Position numbers and translations under genes: made by a program. From Octopus sinensis (lineage: Eukaryota): a DNA stretch of 64,000 bases. Each line of letters begins with the position of its first letter. The first letter of the stretch is position 1. Of this stretch, positions 10,581-23,859 are shown piece after piece. The notes beneath the pieces were generated by a model. The model searched no databases. It had not been told where the DNA came from and worked only from the letters and a program-made list of their open reading frames with translations. Where the stretch lies: the NCBI RefSeq assembly GCF_006345805.1, contig NC_043003.1, forward strand, positions 8,866,001 to 8,930,000. The letters are read 5' to 3'.

Positions 10581-10983
10581 AAGTCGAGGGTATGACAACT
10601 CTGGCTAACATAAATAGCCTTTGTATAAGAGAAATCTAACATCAGGCTTTGAAGCTGATCCGTCCGTTGCAAGGTTGTTAATTCAAGCATGTGCTGGCAC
10701 ATTTTTTCAGCTAATTAGATTGTGACTGCGTGGAATAAAGTGATAAAAGGACTTGTCCAGAGACTCAACGACCTGTCTTGTTCCGAATCGTGAACCTAAA
10801 CAACCAGGCCACGCTCCTGTAAACATATGTGTGTATGTTGAGGTGTCTGTAGAATTTCCGTCTACCATAATTTCACTCCTAAAGAACTGGTGACCCCGAT
10901 CCTACGGCAGAATATATTTGGTTAAAAGTGCCGTGGTTTTGAAATAATTTTCTTAAGTCACAGAATCAAACATACCTCAGGGT

Positions 10984-11350
10984 AGTAGCGTACGTAGGAG
11001 TGAGGCACGTTCCACCTCGGGTGACGCTTTTATAGGGGTGGCACTTTTGGGTCTGCTGTATAAGCCTGCCGAGGCTTCGAGGCCCGGAGTGAGGTACGTG
11101 GGTGCAGCACACTCAAGGGCTGCTCCAGCTGACACATACGCTGGGTACACCACTGGTCTTGGTGGCGACAGAAAATACATAAATGGCCCAATTTCACCAA
11201 ACCACCTTTTATATAAATGCGAGCAGTTAGGTCACACAGAGGAAAATTGCGACCCGCGGGACCCTGAAATTCTTTTTGGTAGTGTGGCCCGTCTGATGAT
11301 ATTCCATGACTCACGCGGCCTGCATCTCGAAAACTGTTGCTACGCCTGCT
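10984..11350. mobile_element. Possible non-autonomous DNA element with CAGTGGCGTA-type ends
   Basis: Degenerate ends agtagcgtacgtagg / gctacgcc; internal ggcacttttgggtctgctgta motif recurs near 34280. Confidence 0.35.
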
Positions 11351-11649
11351 TTCGGTTTTCTCTTCATCCTTTTATTGTTTCGGTCATTAGACTACGGTCA
11401 TTCTGGGGCATCAAAAAGAAAAAAAATAATATGCCACCACCGCCGCCGCCACTATACTCGTAAAACCACGAAGATTACTTCCCAAAATATGCAAAACAAT
11501 ATACATGACCCCCACTCAGTCAGAAAAATACAAGAAACAAAAATAGACATCGGTTTATCAGTCTATTTATATCTATCAACATCTACCTATCTTCCAAGCC
11601 ACTTAACAACACCCCTCAATATCTACCTACTCACAAGTCTGCCTCATCC

Positions 11650-11715
11650 ATCCATCCATCTATCTATCTCTCTATCTATCTATCTATCTATCTATCTACC
11701 TATCTATCTATCTAC

Positions 11716-11750
<35 letters not shown>

Positions 11751-11962
11751 GCTACCTATCTATCTACCTATCTATCTATCTATCTATCTACCTATCTATC
11801 TACCTATCTATCTATCTATCTATCTATCTAGCTACCTATCTATCTATCTATTTATCTATCTATCTAGCTAGCTAGCTAGCTACCTATCTATCTACCTATC
11901 TATCTATCTATCTACCTACTATCTATCTATCTATCTATCTATCTAGCTAGCTAGCTAGCTAC

Positions 11963-11993
<31 letters not shown>

Positions 11994-11994
11994 C

Positions 11995-12069
<75 letters not shown>

Positions 12070-12075
12070 CCTACA
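11650..12075. repeat. (TATC)n/(TAGC)n microsatellite array
   Basis: Direct reading. Confidence 0.95.
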
Positions 12076-12329
12076 TATCTGTCTGTCTACCTGTCTGTCT
12101 ATCTGTCTCGGTTTAACTATTTACAATCCATCTTATACGTCACACTTTCACCCTCTCCTTTATTCCCTATTATCTCTTTTTCTTCCAAACACACACACAC
12201 ACACACGCTCTCTTCTCGCCCTCACTCATTTCAATATACAAATACCTCTCATAACCCTCCCCCACAATTTTATCTTGTAACTTTCAACCTCTCACCCCAT
12301 TTCTTCCTCTTATAATCTCATGTAAATGT

Positions 12330-12419
<90 letters not shown>

Positions 12420-12472
12420 TACATACATATATAGGTGCATACATACATATGTGTATGAGTCTTTGTTTGTTT

Positions 12473-12511
<39 letters not shown>

Positions 12512-12658
12512 TTTGTTTGTATTTTCGTCTGCCTCTACGTTTTCTCACCTTTCTTCTGATTCTAGCAAAACTGTACATCCTTAGAATTTGACAGAGAGAG
12601 AGAGAGAGAGATAGAGTGTGTGTGTATGTGTGTGTGTTTATGTGATGTGTGTGTGTGT

Positions 12659-12689
<31 letters not shown>

Positions 12690-13247
12690 TTGTTTCTTCT
12701 TCTTCTACGTAAATAATTCCTTAATAACTTGCCAGAGCTTGCATTCTACAAACAATGCTCGCTCCGCCGAGAACCGTACGTTCGAATTACCTCAACTTGG
12801 AACAAACTAATCTTGCAACGGATGCAGGAAGCGGTGCCCAACTTGACCTTCTGGTAATTGTCCGAAAACAAAAAAAAACTAGTTTCATATATATATATAT
12901 ATGTATGTATGTATGTATGTGTATATATGTATATATATGAAGTGTGTGTTTTCTTATCGATCGCTATCGCCATCGATGTTTTTGCTAGTTTCTTTTATTG
13001 CGTTCAAAAAATTCTTTGTTTTTAATGTAGTTCTTCCCGTTATCGTTTTCCTCCCTTCTTTTGTATACATAGTGATATGTTGTTGTTTATTATTATTTTT
13101 TTTAAGATACTAAATCAGTAGAAGTTAAAAAGCAATGCAAAAAAGCTGCGTGAGTTTTCGTGTCTTGTTCGATAAGCGCCAGTGCGCAAATCTTTCAACC
13201 CTTGAGTGACTTTGTAAACTTTTGCCGATTAAATGAAATAATATACA

Positions 13248-13485
13248 CAGGTACAAACAGAATCGATTTTCCGGGACCTTTGGTTCCATAGCCGTCATGG
13301 ATTACTGATTTAAAAAAATTTTTCCGAGCCAGGAGTGGTCACCTTGGCCCAAACACACGCTAAATCAAACATTAAATTTTCTGAAATAATTAAATGAAAT
13401 ACAGGTAGTTTTACAGCAGTTTAAATTAGTGCGTATTACAAGAGGGTTCGAACCATTAGTGTTCGGAAAGTCACCGTTGTACCTG
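13248..13485. mobile_element. Possible Tigger/pogo-type MITE
   Basis: CAGGTACAA ... TTGTACCTG inverted ends with degenerate ttccg subterminal match. Confidence 0.4.
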
Positions 13486-13681
13486 CGTATATTCATGTTT
13501 TGTGTTGTATTTTCATGTTTGAGTAACCAAACCTACTTTTATACGTAAATATATATACATATTTATTATATAAAAAAAAAAATTCTTTACTGCGGTGCCT
13601 TTAATTTATTTTTCCAGTTTGTTCGTTTTCTTTTATATTTTTTATTTTGCTTATATTTTTCTTTGTATCCTTCGTCCCCCA

Positions 13682-13742
<61 letters not shown>

Positions 13743-14692
13743 CTTTCGATTTTTTTCCCTCCACATTCTTCCTCAACATGTTTTTACTATCATGCCCCAC
13801 ATTTTCTGCCACTAAAACTTTTTCGGTGCCCCAAAGAACTTTTTTTTTTACGATCTAACAAAATTATATACAACTCAAAAAAAAAAAAAAAAATTGCAAT
13901 CAACGTGTTGATCATCATTAAAAGGCTAATTACATACAAAGGTCATTTAATCTAACATACAGTTTATTAATTTGGAGTATGTAACTTTTTCTGAAAGAAA
14001 GCAGTTATTGAAATCTAAACACTTCAGCGTATACACACACACACACACACACTAACACTCACTCACTCACTCACTCACTCACTCACACACACACACACAC
14101 ACGCACACACACACACACACACAACACAGACACACACACACACAGGCACACACAATGTCAAAGCATCATATCGGCCATTTCGAATATTTTACCTGAAGGG
14201 TTCGAACCTGAAGGAATGAAATGCCGAAAATATTTTCGAACATTTTAGGGTAAATTAAAAGACGCATGCATTACCTCCCCCTACCGCCTCCTTTGTCCGC
14301 AATACCCGTATAAGACTTCCCGCCCACCCAGGGGCGGATGGGGGAGGGACGGCACCGCCTGCTTTGAGAAGCAACTGTTCTTCTTTGTGATGTTCCTACC
14401 AAAGTCATGTTACATCATGGCATTAAAAATGGTAGCTACAATATAACTAAACAACTACTAACGTCCGCTCTACCTTTCTTTCTTTCTTTCTTTCTTCCTT
14501 TCTCTCTTTCTTTCTTTCTTTCTTTCTTTCTTATCTCTTTTAAATCTATTCTTGTATTCTTTGTTTCTTTCTTCTTTTTTCTCTCTCACCGTTTCTTACT
14601 ATTTACGTTTTTTTGAAGCAGGGGACTGGAGTATAGTAATTCTGCTGGTAAAACAAAAACAAAAAAAAAACCCTACTTTACCATACTTTATT

Positions 14693-14998
14693 GTGGAGGC
14701 ACATGGCATAGTGGTTAGAGCAGCGGACTCGCAGTCGAGGGATCGCGTGTTCGAATCTCAGACCGGGCGATGTGTGTGTTTATGACTGAAAACACCTAAG
14801 CTCCACATGGCTCCGGCAGAAGGTAATGGCGAACTTTTGCTGAGTCTTTTGCCACAACTTTCTCTCACTCATTCCTCTTGCATCTTGCAGCTCACCTGCG
14901 ACGGACCGGCGTCCCGTCCAGGTGGGGAATCTATACGCCAAGGAAACCGGGAAACCGGCCCTTATGACCCAGGGATGGCTCGAGAAGAAACAAACAAC
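14693..14998 (+). mobile_element. SINE family C, tail variant 2, with 13-bp TSD
   Basis: TSD accatactttatt at 14680-14692 and 14999-15011; tail cctgcgacggaccggcgtcccgtccagg...gaaaccgggaaaccggccc. Confidence 0.85.
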
Positions 14999-15006
14999 AC
15001 CATACT

Positions 15007-15390
15007 TTATTATCTCCACCTTAGCAAAGGCTGAGGTATTGTTTTTAGTCGTTTCTGTTAGTTTGTTTGTCTGTCCGTGGACAAGATATCTCAAGAACCA
15101 ATGGATGGATTCGGATGAAACTTTCATGGATGTTTGACTTCGAGATTGGCACAAACTGATTCAATTTTGGGATCGATCCGGTATTGGACAAGGATTCTGG
15201 ATTATTTTTCCTGTTTTTTTTTTTTTTTTGTACTTAATTTTTGCGAGCGGTCAGGTTCATATTTAGTATTCTCGTTTGTGAGAGCAGTCGAGTTCATTTC
15301 AGATATTCTCATTTTAAAAATCATCTCTGGTTAATCATTGAGAGGACGTTGGTGTTGCCTTGGCAGAGTTTTGCGCTCTCTGAGGGCTCT
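15007..15390 (+). mobile_element. Helentron-associated / DINE-1-like non-autonomous element
   Basis: 5' ttattatctccacc..aaagg, (GTTT)/(GTCT)-like microsatellite after the start, subterminal ccttggcagag and 3' hairpin gcgctctctgagggc. Confidence 0.6.
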
Positions 15391-15455
15391 TCTTCTTCTT
15401 CTTCTTCTTCTTGTTGTTGTTGTTGTTTGTTGTTGTTGTTGTTGTTGTTGTTGTT

Positions 15456-15511
<56 letters not shown>

Positions 15512-15534
15512 GATGATGATGATGATGATGATGT

Positions 15535-15566
<32 letters not shown>

Positions 15567-15600
15567 TTGTTGTTGTTGTTGTTATTATTATTATCATTAT
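15391..15600. repeat. (CTT)n(TTG)n(GAT)n compound microsatellite
   Basis: Direct reading. Confidence 0.95.
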
Positions 15601-15915
15601 TGTTGTGAGGATGGTGGCCCGTGTGAATGGGTCTACTTTGAATATGCGTGGGAGATGAAGAGGAGGGGGGGTGCCTGCTTGGGATGCCCTTGGAAATCAG
15701 GCTGACCAGGATATGTGGGGTTCCTTGGCTGCCTCGGGGTGGGACTCCTCACTTTTGGGGGAATTTATTATTTAAACTCCTTTGTCGATTGAAATCATTT
15801 TATTGTTTATACTTGTGCTTTTGTGTTGGGCCCAACTTGTCCCTTGTTTCTGCATTCTCCTTTCTGTTGTGTTTTGGCCCTTGGGGTCGATGAAGAAAAC
15901 ATTATCATTATTACT

Positions 15916-16319
15916 AAGGCGGCGAGCTGGCAGAATCGTTAGCACGCCGGGCAAAATGCTTAGCGGTATTTTGTTCGTCTTTACGTTCTGAGTTCAAATT
16001 CCGCCGAAGTCGACTTTGCCTTTCATCCTTTCGGGGTCGATAAATTAAGTACCAGTTACGCACTGGGGTCGATGTAATCGACTTAATACGTTTGTCTGTT
16101 CTTGTTTGTCCTCTCTGTGTTTAGCCCCTTGTGGGTAGTAAAGAAATAGGTATTTTGTCCGTCTTTACGTTCTGAGTTCAATTTCCACCAAAGTCGACTT
16201 TGCCTTTCATCCTTTCGGGGTCGATAAATTAAGTACCAGCCAAATACTGGGTTCGATGTAATCGACTAGTCCCCTCCCACCAAATTTCAGGCCTTATGCC
16301 TTTAGTAGAAAGGATTATT
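15916..16319 (+). mobile_element. SINE family A, internally duplicated (dimeric) copy
   Basis: Box B plus central domain occur twice in tandem. Confidence 0.9.
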
Positions 16320-16436
16320 GTTAACTTTTACTTTAAACACATTATTTTGTCTTTTTTAAAGGCTATTTCAATTATACACGCATGCACACTTGTATATATG
16401 TACATACATACATACATACATACATACATACATACA

Positions 16437-16482
<46 letters not shown>

Positions 16483-16770
16483 AAAACATATCTGTATGTG
16501 TGTGTGTGTGTGTGTGCAAAGAAAAACAAACTTGTTGCACTTATATCAGATCATATTATATACACACAAAATTTTTGGATGTATACAGAAGCCTATGAAA
16601 ATATTGTCATGTAATCAAATAGGGACACACACACACTCACATATTATATATATGTAACGAAAAGTACATACGTTACTCATCCACGTGAAAGGTTTACATA
16701 CATATATCACATGTACACACACATCTATAGTTTTATATGTGTGTGTATGTGTGTGTGTATATATATATAT

Positions 16771-17031
16771 ATCGTTGCTATCATGCAAAAGTGTCGTAAG
16801 TCCAAAACGTTGCTTTTACAGAAAACAAAAAAAAAATAGTTTCACCTTGGCAAAACCGTTGTACTACACTTTGACATGTTTTGATGTTTTGATATCTTGC
16901 CATCTGAGGCAGCTGGAGATACGATAGTTTGACCAAAAGAACCGGCTATTGCAAGGAAAAATATATATTGAAAAAACTAAAAAAAGGCATTTGGCCCAAT
17001 TTGGACATACGAAAGTTTAACATACGAGCAA

Positions 17032-17035
<4 letters not shown>
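16771..17035. mobile_element. Short element with about 36-bp imperfect inverted ends, inserted in (TA)n
   Basis: atcgttgct..tcgtaagtccaaa versus tttggacatacga..agcaacgat; TA tracts on both sides. Confidence 0.55.
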
Positions 17036-17086
<51 letters not shown>

Positions 17087-17206
17087 CATATATAGATACA
17101 TATATATACATACATATATAGATACATATATATACATACATATATATGTATATATATATATATATACATACATATATAGATACATATATATACATACATA
17201 TATATG

Positions 17207-17240
<34 letters not shown>

Positions 17241-17376
17241 ATATATACATACATATATAGATACATATATATACATACATATATATGTATGTATATATAT
17301 ATATATATTATATATATATATATACATACATATATAGATACATATATATACATACATATATACATACATATATATG

Positions 17377-17415
<39 letters not shown>
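17036..17415. repeat. (TA)n/(TACA)n array
   Basis: Direct reading. Confidence 0.95.
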
Positions 17416-17641
17416 TAGCAATAATAAATCTTTGAGCGAGATATAAACAGTGGTAGCACGACGGGACAAATGTACATATATATTGTAATGGTCGTGACTT
17501 CTGGAACTTGACTGAGGAAAGAAAGAAGCCACGAATGATCCGTCTTTTTTTTTGCCTGTCCTTCTAATTGCTGTTTCTCTTGTCCGACTTTGTATCGTCT
17601 ATCTGTCCGAATGTTTTAATGTTCTCCATTGAGGTTTTGTT

Positions 17642-17686
<45 letters not shown>

Positions 17687-17715
17687 TAAAAGGTTATACT
17701 AAGTATGCCTAGCTT

Positions 17716-17772
17716 CTGGAATAACAATCAAAACTCTTGATTAAATCGCTGAGTTTTGATTGTTATTTCCAG
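17716..17772. repeat. 21-22-bp inverted repeat with 14-nt loop next to (TA)n
   Basis: ctggaataacaatcaaaactc / gagttttgattgttatttccag. Confidence 0.8.
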
Positions 17773-17964
17773 TCCTTTGAATAATAGAAATTTTAATCCT
17801 TCAGCTATTTAAGGCTTCTTTGGGCCTACAATCGCCTATATTATTGATTCTATTATCAGCATTTTTAATTGTTACTCTAGATAATAACAGAGTCAATAAT
17901 TACTTCGCAAATATTTTTCTCCTGAAATATTTGCTCCGTATTGAACACACACCACACAGCTACA

Positions 17965-17972
17965 TATATATA

Positions 17973-18031
<59 letters not shown>

Positions 18032-18351
18032 ATATGTATATATATATATATATTATTTGTGTGTATATATATGTATATATATATGTGTGTATATATATGT
18101 ATTATATATATATTGTGTATATGTGTATGTGTGTATGTATATGAATGTGTATATGTATATATACATATATATATATATGTATATATACATATATATATAT
18201 ATGTATGTATGTATGTATGTATATATATATATATATATATTTATTTATATCTGTATATGTATATGCATGTATATGTATATATATGTATGTGTGTATATAT
18301 ATATGTATTTACATCTGTATATGTATATGCATATATATGTATATGTATGTG

Positions 18352-18388
<37 letters not shown>

Positions 18389-18400
18389 AGATGTAGATAT
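17965..18400. repeat. (TA)n/(TG)n array
   Basis: Direct reading. Confidence 0.95.
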
Positions 18401-18589
18401 GTAGATAGATTACGACTATGAAAAAAGACATGTAGCGAAACATGCATGTGCCCCCCTCCCCATGCACGCACACTCAAACACATGTGCCTGTACACGGTCA
18501 TAGACCTGAAGAATGCGCAGGTGAGCTAGCAAAGCTGATGTAATGACTAACACAAGCGATTTACACGTTGACAATTATGGGGCGGTGAA

Positions 18590-18935
18590 AGGCGGGCGAG
18601 CTTAGCAGAACCGTTAGCGCGTCGGACCAAATGTTTTGCTGCATTTCTTCCGGCTCTTTGCGGTTGTTAGTGCAAATTCCCCCGAAGTCGACTTAGCCGC
18701 TTATCCTTTCGGGGTCGATAAAATAAAGTACTAGATGAGCACTGAGGTCGAGGTAATCAACAAGCTTCCCTTGCCCCTCCACCCTCCTAAATTTGCTGGC
18801 CTCGTGCCAAAAATATGCAACCGATTATGTGGTAGTGACTTGGCAAGAATGCTGTGTCAGCATTTGTTCAAGCTCTCAGCGCTTCGGTTTCAAATTCTGC
18901 TGATGTCAACACTGACTTCTATTATTTTTGAGGTC
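18590..18935 (+). mobile_element. SINE family A, one degenerate copy plus a partial copy
   Basis: Head and central domain. Confidence 0.75.
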
Positions 18936-19139
18936 GATCATTACAGTTCTTTCTTCTCTTATTTCTTTCAAAATTAGCTGCGCAGTGGAAATCGCTCTCA
19001 GTGTCTGCAATATCAAAAACGTTATGCGAAGACTAACCTGATATAATAGAATCTCCAGAGAGCTTAGCAATGTCATACATAGATCAAGAAACGGCGGTTA
19101 CTAATGACGATTGGTTCCTGGTTTAGGCGCATGGCCAGT

Positions 19140-19925
19140 AAGCTTGAGAGGAACTGAATTAATATCAACGATCCTTGTACGCGACTGATACTTTATTTTA
19201 TCGATTCCTAAGGAATGAAAGACAAAGATTACCTTGACAGGCTTTGAAACCGGAATGTAGACCTCGAAGGAATATTGCAAAGTATTTTTTCCATCCTCAC
19301 CTCCCGAATGATTTCTAACAAAAGCGCAAGGTCTGGGATTTGGGGCTGGGTCACCAGTTCATGACTGGTACTTCATTTCATGAAGGATGAAGGGTAAATC
19401 GACCTTGGCTGGATTTGAACTCAGGACGTAAAGAACCGGAAGGATGAAAAGCAAAGTTAACCTCAGCGGGATTTGAACACAGAACGCAATGAACTGGAAT
19501 AAATACCATAAACCCCCGAAGCATTTTATTCGAAACTCTAACGATTCTGATAAATAATAAATCCTTCTACTATAGGCACAAAGCCTGAAATTTGGTGAAA
19601 GGGGGCAAGTCGACTACATCATCCCCCAGTACACAACTGGTACTTATTTTATCGACCCCACGAAAAGGTGAAAAGCAAAGCTGACCTTGGCGGAATTTGA
19701 ACCGGAATGTAATGAATTGGAACAAATACCACAAGGTCACAAAGCATTTCGTCCGAAGCTCCAAAGACCCTGATAAATAATGGCTTCAAATTTCGGTACG
19801 AGGTCATCAATTTGGGGGACGGGGTGAGTCGAGTACATCGACCCCTGTGTTCAGCTGGTACTTATTTCATCGACCCTCGAAAAGATGAAAAGCAAAGTTG
19901 ACCTCGGCGGAATTTGAACTCTGAT
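19140..19925 (-). mobile_element. Cluster of several partial SINE family A copies
   Basis: Repeated tggtacttatttt/catcgacccc..gatgaaaagcaaag..gaatttgaac segments. Confidence 0.8.
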
Positions 19926-20157
19926 ATCCTCGGCCATCCTCATTTAAATACAATACCAATTTGATATAACAGTGATATCGTCAAAGATGACGTTACTGAT
20001 TGATGATAATCAATAATAATTATCTTAATTATCATAATGATGCTATTAAATGCTTCACCTCCCTTTATTCTTCTCCTTCTTTTCTAAAATGTCTACTTAT
20101 TGCATTTCAAACATGACATCATAAACTGAGTTTTCTCTTCGTAATATTCACTCAGTC

Positions 20158-20285
20158 AATTCCGCCGAGGTGGACTTAGCCTCTCGGGGTCGATAAATTA
20201 AATACCAGTTGCGTACTGGGGTCGATTTAATCGACTGGTCCCCTCCCCAAAAGCTTTAGGGCCTTGTACTTAGTGTAGAAAAGAA
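20158..20285 (+). mobile_element. SINE family A, 5'-truncated
   Basis: Central domain and tail. Confidence 0.7.
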
Positions 20286-20289
20286 TGTT

Positions 20290-20395
20290 CCAAACATTAG
20301 AGTAGTGATACTAAAGGTTTGGTGGAAGATTTAAATTCAAAACTTATGTACTACAGAGCCAGAGGCCGTTTCAGCCCTGTTGGTATCGAAAGGGT
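20290..20395. mobile_element. Possible piggyBac-type MITE end
   Basis: Ends in ggtatcgaaagggt (CCC-type terminus on the minus strand); partner end not found. Confidence 0.35.
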
Positions 20396-20967
20396 ACGTA
20401 AAATATTTTTAAGGATTGCACCGGTTTTAGATATTTTATTTCAATGAAAAATCACGATCGCTCTAAACACTTCTGTCCCCCTCCCCTTCCTTCACCGCTT
20501 TCATCTTGACATACGTGACCCTCTTGTGAGCTCATCATATCTCAAAGGAAGCGTTATTGACCAGGCTGAGGACCATTATCTTAAGCAGCACTTGTTTTGC
20601 GGAAAATCCTTTCACATATTTCAAATTTACATACACACACACACACACACACATGCACGTACGCGGGTAAACACACACACACACATTCATAACTAAGGCA
20701 TCGTAGCTTAGCAGAATGTAAAAACATTCAGTTGTTCACGAACTAACAAAATCTCTTCTTCATTATGAAAACGGAGTGATGTGTGTGTGTATATATATAT
20801 ATGTATGTATGTATATATATATGTGTGTGTGTGTATATATATATATATGTGTGTGTATATATATGTATATATATATAGATATGTGTGTGTGTATATATAT
20901 ATATATGTATATATATATATGTATATGTGTGTGTGTGTGTATGTATATATTTATATGTGTGTAATAT

Positions 20968-21002
<35 letters not shown>

Positions 21003-21009
21003 CTGACCT

Positions 21010-21648
21010 CAGTGCCCAACCAACTGGTATTCATTTCCTCCAACACGAAAACATGAAAGGCAGTAAAAAATGTTATAATGATCTCAATTTTTGGCACGAG
21101 GCCAGCAATTTTGGCGAAGGAGTAAGTCGATTACTCAACTGCTCTTATTTTATCGACCCCGAAAGGATAAAAGGTAAAAATCAACCTTGGTGGAATCTGA
21201 GATCAGAACATAAAGAACCGGAAAAAAGTAGCACTAAACATTTTTGTCCGGCGTGCTAACGATTCTGCCAAGCTCGTCATCCTGCAATATAGTATCATAA
21301 TGGTATCATATTTTGGTACGAGGCTAGTAATTTCGGGGTTTGTGCTTAACTGACATTTATTTTAATGATACTGAAAGGATTAAAAAAAAGTCGACCTCGA
21401 CAGAAATTGAACCCTGAACTACTTTGCCAGCTTGCCACCTTACAATAGAATATAATAATCGTTTCTACTATGGACACAACTGGAAGGGGACTAGCCGATT
21501 ACATTGACCTCGGCGTTTAACTGGTACATACTTTATCGATCATGAAAGGATGTAAGTTAAGTCGAACTCAGCAGAATTTGAACTCAGAGGACAACTGAAA
21601 TGCTGCTAAGCTTTCTGTCCAGCGTGCTAACCACTCTGCCAGCTCGCA
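21010..21648 (-). mobile_element. Cluster of partial SINE family A copies
   Basis: Three reverse-complement central-domain/box B segments. Confidence 0.75.
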
Positions 21649-21654
21649 ATGAAA

Positions 21655-22047
21655 TCTCTCTATATATAAAGCTGAAGTTGTCTGTGTGTGGCAGGTTTGG
21701 TAGCCTTCAACTAACACTATCTCCTCCGAGACCTTGCGACGCAAGTTGACCAAAATTGAGAGTATGATAGAAGAAGGCTTGCTCTTCCTTCCGTAGAAGA
21801 GACAATTCAAATCGGACCATGTTAACGCCAAAAATTATTTACATCAAAAAGATGCCTTTTTTTTAATGAAAATCCCTATTTTTCACGATTTTTTGACTGC
21901 TGTGTCGCTATTTTTCGGTGTATTTCAACCAGAAAAATGTTCACTTAAAGAGAATAACAAGCTACATAATGCAAAAGTTTTACTTTTCAAAAATTCCAAT
22001 TCTAAAGGGTCGAAACAAACCCGAGCAACGCCGGGCGATACTGCTAG
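21655..22047 (+). mobile_element. Non-autonomous Helitron
   Basis: A|TC 5' end (tctctctatatataaa), 3' hairpin cccgagcaacgccggg and CTAG|T end, no TSD. Confidence 0.7.
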
Positions 22048-22432
22048 TGTTATAATAAACGTTAAAAAAACTAACTGCGTCACTCGGTTAGTGGTCATAA
22101 TCAGAGTGAGTACAATAGGGAACACCCACGTTTGACCACCCTCCGTGGTCGGTGTCGTTAAAACAAGAAGACAAGTGACTCAATTTCTTTTCTCTTTTGA
22201 GAGTTTAGTTCTTATATAAATAGCTGAAAACTGGCTTAATGATAAGGAAATGACTTTTTGCGTGAGTACTAAATAAGAACCGGTTTCGGTTCGCTATAAT
22301 AATAGTTTGGGAAGCTAATGGTGAAAATTGTACCAATTAAATTAATGGCAATGTTTTGAACCCACACTCGTATTGGATAGACATGTGGAAATCCGCAAGC
22401 ATGGGAGGAGGAATATATATTTATAAGTATCC

Positions 22433-22592
22433 AGGAGTGGCTGTGTGGTAAGTAGCTTGCTTACCAACCACATGGTTCCGGGTTCAGTCCCACTGCGCGG
22501 CATCTTGGGCAAGTGTCTTCTGCTATAGCCTCGGGCCGACCAAAGCCTTGTGAGTGGATTTGGCAGACGGAAACTGAAAGAAGCCTGTCGTA

Positions 22593-22678
<86 letters not shown>

Positions 22679-22866
22679 TTGTCCCCCTAGCATTGCTTGA
22701 CAACAGATGCTGGTGTGTTTACGTCCCCGTCACTTAGCGGTTCGGCAAAAGAGACCGATAGAATAAGTACTGGGCTTACAAAGAATAAGTCCCGGGGTCG
22801 AGTTGCTCGATTAAAGGCGGTGCTCCAGCATGGCCGCAGTCAAATGACTGAAACAAGTAAAAGAGT
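22433..22866 (+). mobile_element. SINE family B (CORE-like), full length
   Basis: tRNA-like head, CORE-like domain, internal (TA)n(TG)n, 3' module and agtaaaagagt tail. May be one of the octopus OR/OK families described by Ohshima and Okada (recalled, not verified). Confidence 0.92.
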
Positions 22867-22939
22867 AATCCACGTGAGTTCTGTAGGATTGCGACCATTT
22901 CGCAACCTTCTTTATGGATTAAATAAAAACAAATAGCGG

Positions 22940-23278
22940 AGAGGGTTGGGTGAAATGCTGAAAGGTTTTTGGCTTAAAGGATATCGCGAATGGCCTGGTT
23001 TGAGGCCCAACCTTCCGAGTTTTTGTACAGGGTTTAGAAAAACTGAAAGAGCGTTGTAATAAGCGTATAAACCTGAGAGGCGAATATGTTGAAAAAAATC
23101 ATAATTAACTGATCCTTCTGTATTTCTTTTTACTCAAAGCAAGGAATTTTTCAGCACCCGTTCGTACATATAATCTCAGCTGCTTTTCGCTGCTGCTGCA
23201 GCCAAATTGAACAATAAGGCGTCGAAACTGCGATGATCTTTGGTTGATAACTGATGAGGAACTTTTCAGCATCTCGTA
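22940..23278 (+). mobile_element. Mariner remnant: transposase C-terminus, 3' TIR, and a further TIR-bearing fragment
   Basis: Translates QGLEKLKERCNKRINLRGEYVEK*; TIR-like ttttcagcacccgttcgta ending 23166 and gaacttttcagcatctcgta ending 23278. Confidence 0.6.
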
Positions 23279-23306
23279 TATATTCAGCTCTCAATACCAT
23301 CTGTCT

Positions 23307-23825
23307 TTGTGTGTGGTAAGTAGCTTGCTTACGAACCACATGGTTCTGGGTTCAGTCCCACTGCGGGGCACCTTGGGCAAGTGTCTTCAACTATAGCCTC
23401 GGGCCGACCAAAGCCATGTGAGTGGATTTGGTAGATGGAAACTGAAAGAAGCCCGTCATATATATGTATATGTATGTGTGTGTATTATCGATTCGAACGT
23501 AAAGACGGGCGAATTGCTTAGTGGTATTTCACCTTCCTTTACGTTCGGATCGATAATACATACGACGGGCTTCTTTCAGTTTCCATCAACCAAATCCACT
23601 CACACGACTTTGGTCGGCCCGAGGCTATAGAAGAAGACACTTGCCCAATTGTACTAACGATTCTGCCAGATCGCCTTATATTATATTATCATAGGCGCAG
23701 CAGTGGTTGTGTGGTAAGTAGTTTGTTTACCAACCACATGGTTCCGGGTTCATTCCCACTGCGTGGCACCTTGGGAAAATGTCTTCTACTATAGCCTCGG
23801 GCCAACCAAAGCCTTGTAAGTAGAT
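23307..23825. mobile_element. Three partial SINE family B 5' halves (+, -, +)
   Basis: Head plus CORE-like domain in alternating orientation. Confidence 0.8.
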
Positions 23826-23859
23826 TGTAAGAGCCACTACTACTAATTTATACATGCAC

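Noticed and set aside
11290-11350. CTGATGA...GAAA on the plus strand
   Set aside because: No stem II pairing and no NUH triplet at the right position
18978-19137. Candidate internal exon (polypyrimidine tract plus AG, GTAAGC donor)
   Set aside because: Stops in all three frames; at best a non-coding exon, and there is no support
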